Of a stretch of DNA of 32,000 bases, positions 28,934 to 32,000 are shown piece by piece. This DNA is from an uncultured bacterium. Its GTDB lineage: Bacteria > Margulisbacteria > WOR-1 > CAVSGV01. Within the stretch, counting starts at the first letter, position 1; every line of letters begins with the position of its first letter. The notes under the pieces were generated by a model. The model saw nothing but the letters and a program-made list of their open reading frames with translations, ran no database searches and was not told the DNA's origin. The DNA is taken from contig OY969425.1 of the NCBI GenBank assembly GCA_963699255.1, forward strand, positions 1,200,001 through 1,232,000. The letters run 5' to 3'. Made by a program: the position numbers and the translations under genes.

Positions 28934-29869
28934 ATGGGGGGAATTGAAGGTAATTACAACTATCCATCAGGCCGCATAACAGAAAATCAGCGCCCTGCTA
29001 CCAAGCAAGGCCAGCCAAATCAAGTGTCCGCAAAAGAATTCATCGATTATTCACCAGCCAAACGAATGGACATTATCGACCACCTTAATCAGGAAGAAAA
29101 ATACGATCTGTTCAATGATATCAAAAAAGAGTATGCCCTATTTAATAATGGCAAGGATAAAGGTAAATGCTTTGAGCCTCTTATGGAGGTAAGCGCCGGA
29201 ATTATCAGTAAAATGATGCCATGTAAAGATTACAAAGATCTTGTAATAAATGTGCTCAGATTTATGCATAATAACATTCAAGATGTTGAGAAATTCAATG
29301 AAAACACGCGGGATTCTAATACATTCGCTGCTCCCCGCGACGCATGTAATTGGATAGGAGATCAAGTCCTGGCTGAAGGGAATTTTAATGGATGTGTGGA
29401 GGCAGCAGTGTTATTTGAACGCCTTTTCAGTGAAAGTGCTTCGAAAATGGGATTCAGTTCGGTAGAATACCATTATATAAGCTCCTTCCAAATTGAAAGC
29501 GCGTTTAAAAGCCCTATTTATCTTGCCGGGCATGCTACTGTCCTGCTTAAACAAGGGGAAGAAAGCTTTCTCGTTAACGCCTCGGCGCTTGAGGATCAGG
29601 CTTTCGATCCGGGAAAAGCAGTAAAATTCGATGAGCTGGAAGGAAGATCGATAATCTTTCGTCCCGACAGTAACGGGATATATAAATGGAAAATGCGCGA
29701 TGAAAACGGCAATGAAATAACGTACCACTTTAAATTATTCGGACAGGATGTTCATTTTCAGTCTCAGAGGAATCCCGCCGATCCTTATGATCCTTCAACA
29801 TCTGACGGGGCAACAGGAAACGCCGTAAGAAGTTTTCTTATCTCTCTCGGTTATCCTATCTTTCCCTAG
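28934..29869 (+). CDS. Hypothetical cytoplasmic protein; possible transglutaminase/papain-like Cys-His core
   Basis: 311 aa with no TM helix or signal peptide, and lower GC than the operon. The RBS is GGGGGA. NGCVEAAVLFERLF followed about 55 aa later by LAGHATVLLKQGEESFLVNAS resembles the order of a transglutaminase-core Cys, His, Asp/Asn triad. This reading is weak. Confidence 0.45.
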   Translation: MGGIEGNYNYPSGRITENQRPATKQGQPNQVSAKEFIDYSPAKRMDIIDHLNQEEKYDLFNDIKKEYALFNNGKDKGKCFEPLMEVSAGIISKMMPCKDYKDLVINVLRFMHNNIQDVEKFNENTRDSNTFAAPRDACNWIGDQVLAEGNFNGCVEAAVLFERLFSESASKMGFSSVEYHYISSFQIESAFKSPIYLAGHATVLLKQGEESFLVNASALEDQAFDPGKAVKFDELEGRSIIFRPDSNGIYKWKMRDENGNEITYHFKLFGQDVHFQSQRNPADPYDPSTSDGATGNAVRSFLISLGYPIFP

Positions 29870-29925
29870 GATCAACTCCTTTTCAATTAAAACACACATT
29901 GTAACGGTATATTCATGATCCAAAA

Positions 29926-29934
29926 TGGTATAAT
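29926..29934 (+). promoter_or_regulatory. Extended -10 promoter element TGGTATAAT upstream of the FAD oxidoreductase gene
   Basis: TGGTATAAT is at 29926-29934. The ATG at 29945 lies only 10 nt downstream, with no Shine-Dalgarno sequence. Confidence 0.35.
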
Positions 29935-29944
29935 TTAATCACTT

Positions 29945-31018
29945 ATGCCAATAATAATCATCGGCGGAGGGATAATAGGCGGCGCGATAGCGTATTACGC
30001 GTCGAAAACCGGCGTCAAAGACATAGTACTGTTTGAAAAGGAAAAGCTGCTGGGCACAGGCGCTACTCAATATTGCTCCGGCGGAGTAAGATATCAGTTC
30101 TCGACCCCCATCAATGTCAAGTTCTCCATAGCCGCGTTCCCGGAGCTTGAGAAGTTCGACATCGGGATGCACAGATACGGATACCTCATCCTGGACATGA
30201 AAGACGATTCGATGTCGAGGGTAAAAATGCAGAACGACCTGGGGGTAAAGAGCGAATATCTGACCCCGGCGCAGCTTAAAGAACGATTCCCGTATATCAA
30301 TATTGAAGGAGTTAAGAGCGCTTCTTTCCACAAGCTTGACGGGATTGCCGAACCGGCGAAACTCATGGAGATCTATGAAAAAGGCGCGAAGGCTAACGGG
30401 GTAAAGGTCAGATATGGGGTTAAGGTTAAGAGATTGGTCAAGGATGGGGATAGAGTTATTGGTCTGGAAACAAATGAAGGGATTATCAAGGCTGGTAAGG
30501 TCATCCTAGCCGCCGGACCTCAATCCCCCGAACTCGCAAAGACCATCGGGTTGGACATCAAGATCGTTCCGAGAAGAAAATACATACTGGCCGTCACGGG
30601 ATTCGACTTTGATTTTCCCGTCGTCATGGAAGTTCCTACGGGCTGGTACATAAAGAAGGAAGGCGCGGACGCCCTAGTTGGAATGTCCGGCAAGGAAGAG
30701 AAGGCGGACTTCGAGAAAAAAGAAGAAAGCGTTACCGAAACCCTTGAGGCATCGCTGAAGAGATTCCCGCTGACCGAGAGCTCGAGCATAAAGAAAGTGA
30801 ACAGCACCATGAGCGATGAGACCCCGGATAAGCACGCGGTGATCGATGACCACACGCCGGGGCTTATAATCGCAACGGGATTCTCCGGGCACGGTTTCAT
30901 GCACTCGCCTGCTGTCGGCAGGATCGTGACAAACCTGATAAAGAATGAAAAGCCGGAACTGGATGTTTCTGAGCTTAAACTTCATCGAAGCCACATCAAA
31001 GAACCGATAGCGATCTGA
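29945..31018 (+). CDS. FAD-dependent oxidoreductase, DAO family (sarcosine/glycine oxidase-like)
   Basis: 357 aa. The N-terminal IIIIGGGIIGGAIAYY is a GxGxxG dinucleotide fold, followed by LFEK. GFSGHGFMHSPAVG lies near the C-terminus. Confidence 0.8.
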   Translation: MPIIIIGGGIIGGAIAYYASKTGVKDIVLFEKEKLLGTGATQYCSGGVRYQFSTPINVKFSIAAFPELEKFDIGMHRYGYLILDMKDDSMSRVKMQNDLGVKSEYLTPAQLKERFPYINIEGVKSASFHKLDGIAEPAKLMEIYEKGAKANGVKVRYGVKVKRLVKDGDRVIGLETNEGIIKAGKVILAAGPQSPELAKTIGLDIKIVPRRKYILAVTGFDFDFPVVMEVPTGWYIKKEGADALVGMSGKEEKADFEKKEESVTETLEASLKRFPLTESSSIKKVNSTMSDETPDKHAVIDDHTPGLIIATGFSGHGFMHSPAVGRIVTNLIKNEKPELDVSELKLHRSHIKEPIAI

Positions 31019-31104
31019 TCTAAAATCCCCCGCTCGCTTCACTCGCGCCAACTCCTCATCCCCGGTTTGAGAACTATCATTATCTACTAATTCTGGCTAC
31101 ATAA

Positions 31105-31127
31105 CTCCCCTCTCCTTACAGGAGAGG
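31105..31127. other. GC-rich hairpin CCCCTCTCC-TTACA-GGAGAGGGG
   Basis: A perfect 9-bp stem 87 nt downstream of the oxidoreductase stop. There is no U-tract, so it is not a canonical intrinsic terminator. Confidence 0.4.
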
Positions 31128-31153
31128 GGCAAGGGGTGAAGTGCATTTCCAAG

Positions 31154-31182
31154 TTTACACAGTGCTCATATTAATGTAGAAT
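31154..31182 (+). promoter_or_regulatory. Candidate promoter TTTACA-N17-TAGAAT
   Basis: TTTACA is at 31154-31159 and TAGAAT at 31177-31182. A GAGG RBS lies 6 nt before the ATG at 31202. Confidence 0.45.
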
Positions 31183-31201
31183 TGGCACTTCGAGGCAGTA
31201 A

Positions 31202-31909
31202 ATGCTATCAATTATCGTTCCAACATATAATGAGAGCAGGAATATAGAGGCGCTTTTAACGCGTATTTTTACCGCGCTTAAGCCAAATTATACCCCTTAT
31301 GAAGTCATCGTTGTAGATGACAACTCCCCCGACGGAACAGCCCAGATAGCGGAAGCGCTTAAGTCCAAGTTCGACCTCAGGGTAGTGAAACGACCCCGCA
31401 AGATAGGGCTTGCCTCAGCGGTATTGAACGGCTTCAAGCTTGCGACAGGCGATATCCTGTGCGTGATGGACGCTGACCTGAGCCATCCTCCTGAAGCGAT
31501 ACCGGAAATGTACAAGGCGATCAGCAGCGGCGATTTCGAAGTGGTCATAGGCAGCAGGTGCGTTGAAGGAGGCGGGGCCACGAACTGGCCTTGGTACAGG
31601 CGGTTCGGTTCAACCTTTGCGCAGCTGCTCGCAAAGCCCATAACACATGTCAATGACAACACATCAGGATTTTTTATCATCAAAAGAAGCGTCCTTGAAG
31701 GCGCGGACATAAATCCGATAGGGTTCAAGATCCTCCTTGAGATCATCGCTAAGGGGAACTATTCAAAGATCAAAGAAATCCCCATAGTGTTCAATGATCG
31801 CGGCGGCGGCAAGAGCAAACTGGGCATGAAGCAGACAATGGAGTACCTGAAGCAGCTCGGCCTAATTTATTACGGGATATTTTCAGGCAAAATAAAAAGG
31901 AGGAAATAA
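31202..31909 (+). CDS. GT2 glycosyltransferase, polyprenol/dolichol-phosphate mannosyltransferase-like
   Basis: 235 aa. Motifs include IIVPTYNESRNI, VIVVDDNSPDGT and CVMDADLSHPPE (the DxD region). Confidence 0.85.
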   Translation: MLSIIVPTYNESRNIEALLTRIFTALKPNYTPYEVIVVDDNSPDGTAQIAEALKSKFDLRVVKRPRKIGLASAVLNGFKLATGDILCVMDADLSHPPEAIPEMYKAISSGDFEVVIGSRCVEGGGATNWPWYRRFGSTFAQLLAKPITHVNDNTSGFFIIKRSVLEGADINPIGFKILLEIIAKGNYSKIKEIPIVFNDRGGGKSKLGMKQTMEYLKQLGLIYYGIFSGKIKRRK

Positions 31910-31911
31910 TT

Positions 31912-32000
31912 TGGTTAATGTTCTTTTGCTGTTCGTTTCCATATCTCTTGCGGTCGCGGGCCAGCTGCTCATGAAACAGGGAATGATGATGTTCGGGAAG
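31912..32000 (+). CDS. 5' end of a small membrane protein (EamA/ArnE-like), truncated by the window edge
   Basis: TTG start 3 nt after the upstream stop. The hydrophobic LVNVLLLFVSISLAVAGQLLMKQGMMMFGK is typical of small lipid-carrier flippase-type proteins. Only about 29 codons are visible. Confidence 0.3.

Noticed and set aside
31105-31140. Hairpin CCCCTCTCC-TTACA-GGAGAGGGG followed by CAAGGGGTGAAG, considered as an intrinsic terminator for the FAD oxidoreductase gene
   Set aside because: There is no U-tract on either strand. I kept it only as a generic GC-rich hairpin feature. Its function is unknown and it is single-copy in this window.

Overview
This window appears to come from an anaerobic bacterium of moderate GC with AT-rich patches. 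All family assignments below come from reading motifs by eye; no searches were run.

Layout:
- 1-2914: carbohydrate genes, namely a GH42-like C-terminal fragment and a GH94 cellobiose phosphorylase.
- 2915 to about 8330: an AT-rich accessory patch. It holds a frameshift-split small membrane-protein gene and two paralogous 7TM-GAF sensor histidine kinases flanking a thioester-reductase-like SDR.
- 9534-10164: a 630-bp structured non-coding gap.
- 10165-11854, minus strand: a trio of a LiaI/LiaF-TM-like protein, a membrane protein with bactofilin-like repeats, and a CheY-like receiver.
- 11930-28886, plus strand: the core block (described below).
- 28934 to the end: an orphan low-GC ORF, a DAO-family FAD oxidoreductase, a GT2 polyprenol-phosphate mannosyltransferase-like gene, and the start of a small membrane protein.

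The core block opens with a HypC-HydE fusion gene. A gap-free 20-gene operon follows at 13418-28886. Its genes are, in order:
- an AsrA/AsrB-like FeS/flavin module;
- a short molybdopterin-oxidoreductase-like protein without an active-site Cys/Sec;
- a HycB-like 4x[4Fe-4S] protein;
- a TPR protein;
- a group 4 membrane-bound [NiFe]-hydrogenase core (NuoH/B/C/D-like) with intact Ni-Fe ligand motifs;
- a complete split Mrp antiporter set (A-G);
- a HycF-like ferredoxin;
- HypA;
- a full-length HydG-like radical SAM enzyme.

The most interesting signal is that [FeFe]-type maturases (HydE, HydG) are physically fused or translationally coupled to [NiFe] maturation parts (HypC, HypA) around a [NiFe] hydrogenase. 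No HydA, HydF or HypD/E/F is visible in the window. Secondary signals are a complex-I-like electron-input module, two unusual intergenic repeat architectures, mosaic histidine-kinase paralogs, and recurrent extended -10 promoters that include two candidate leaderless genes.
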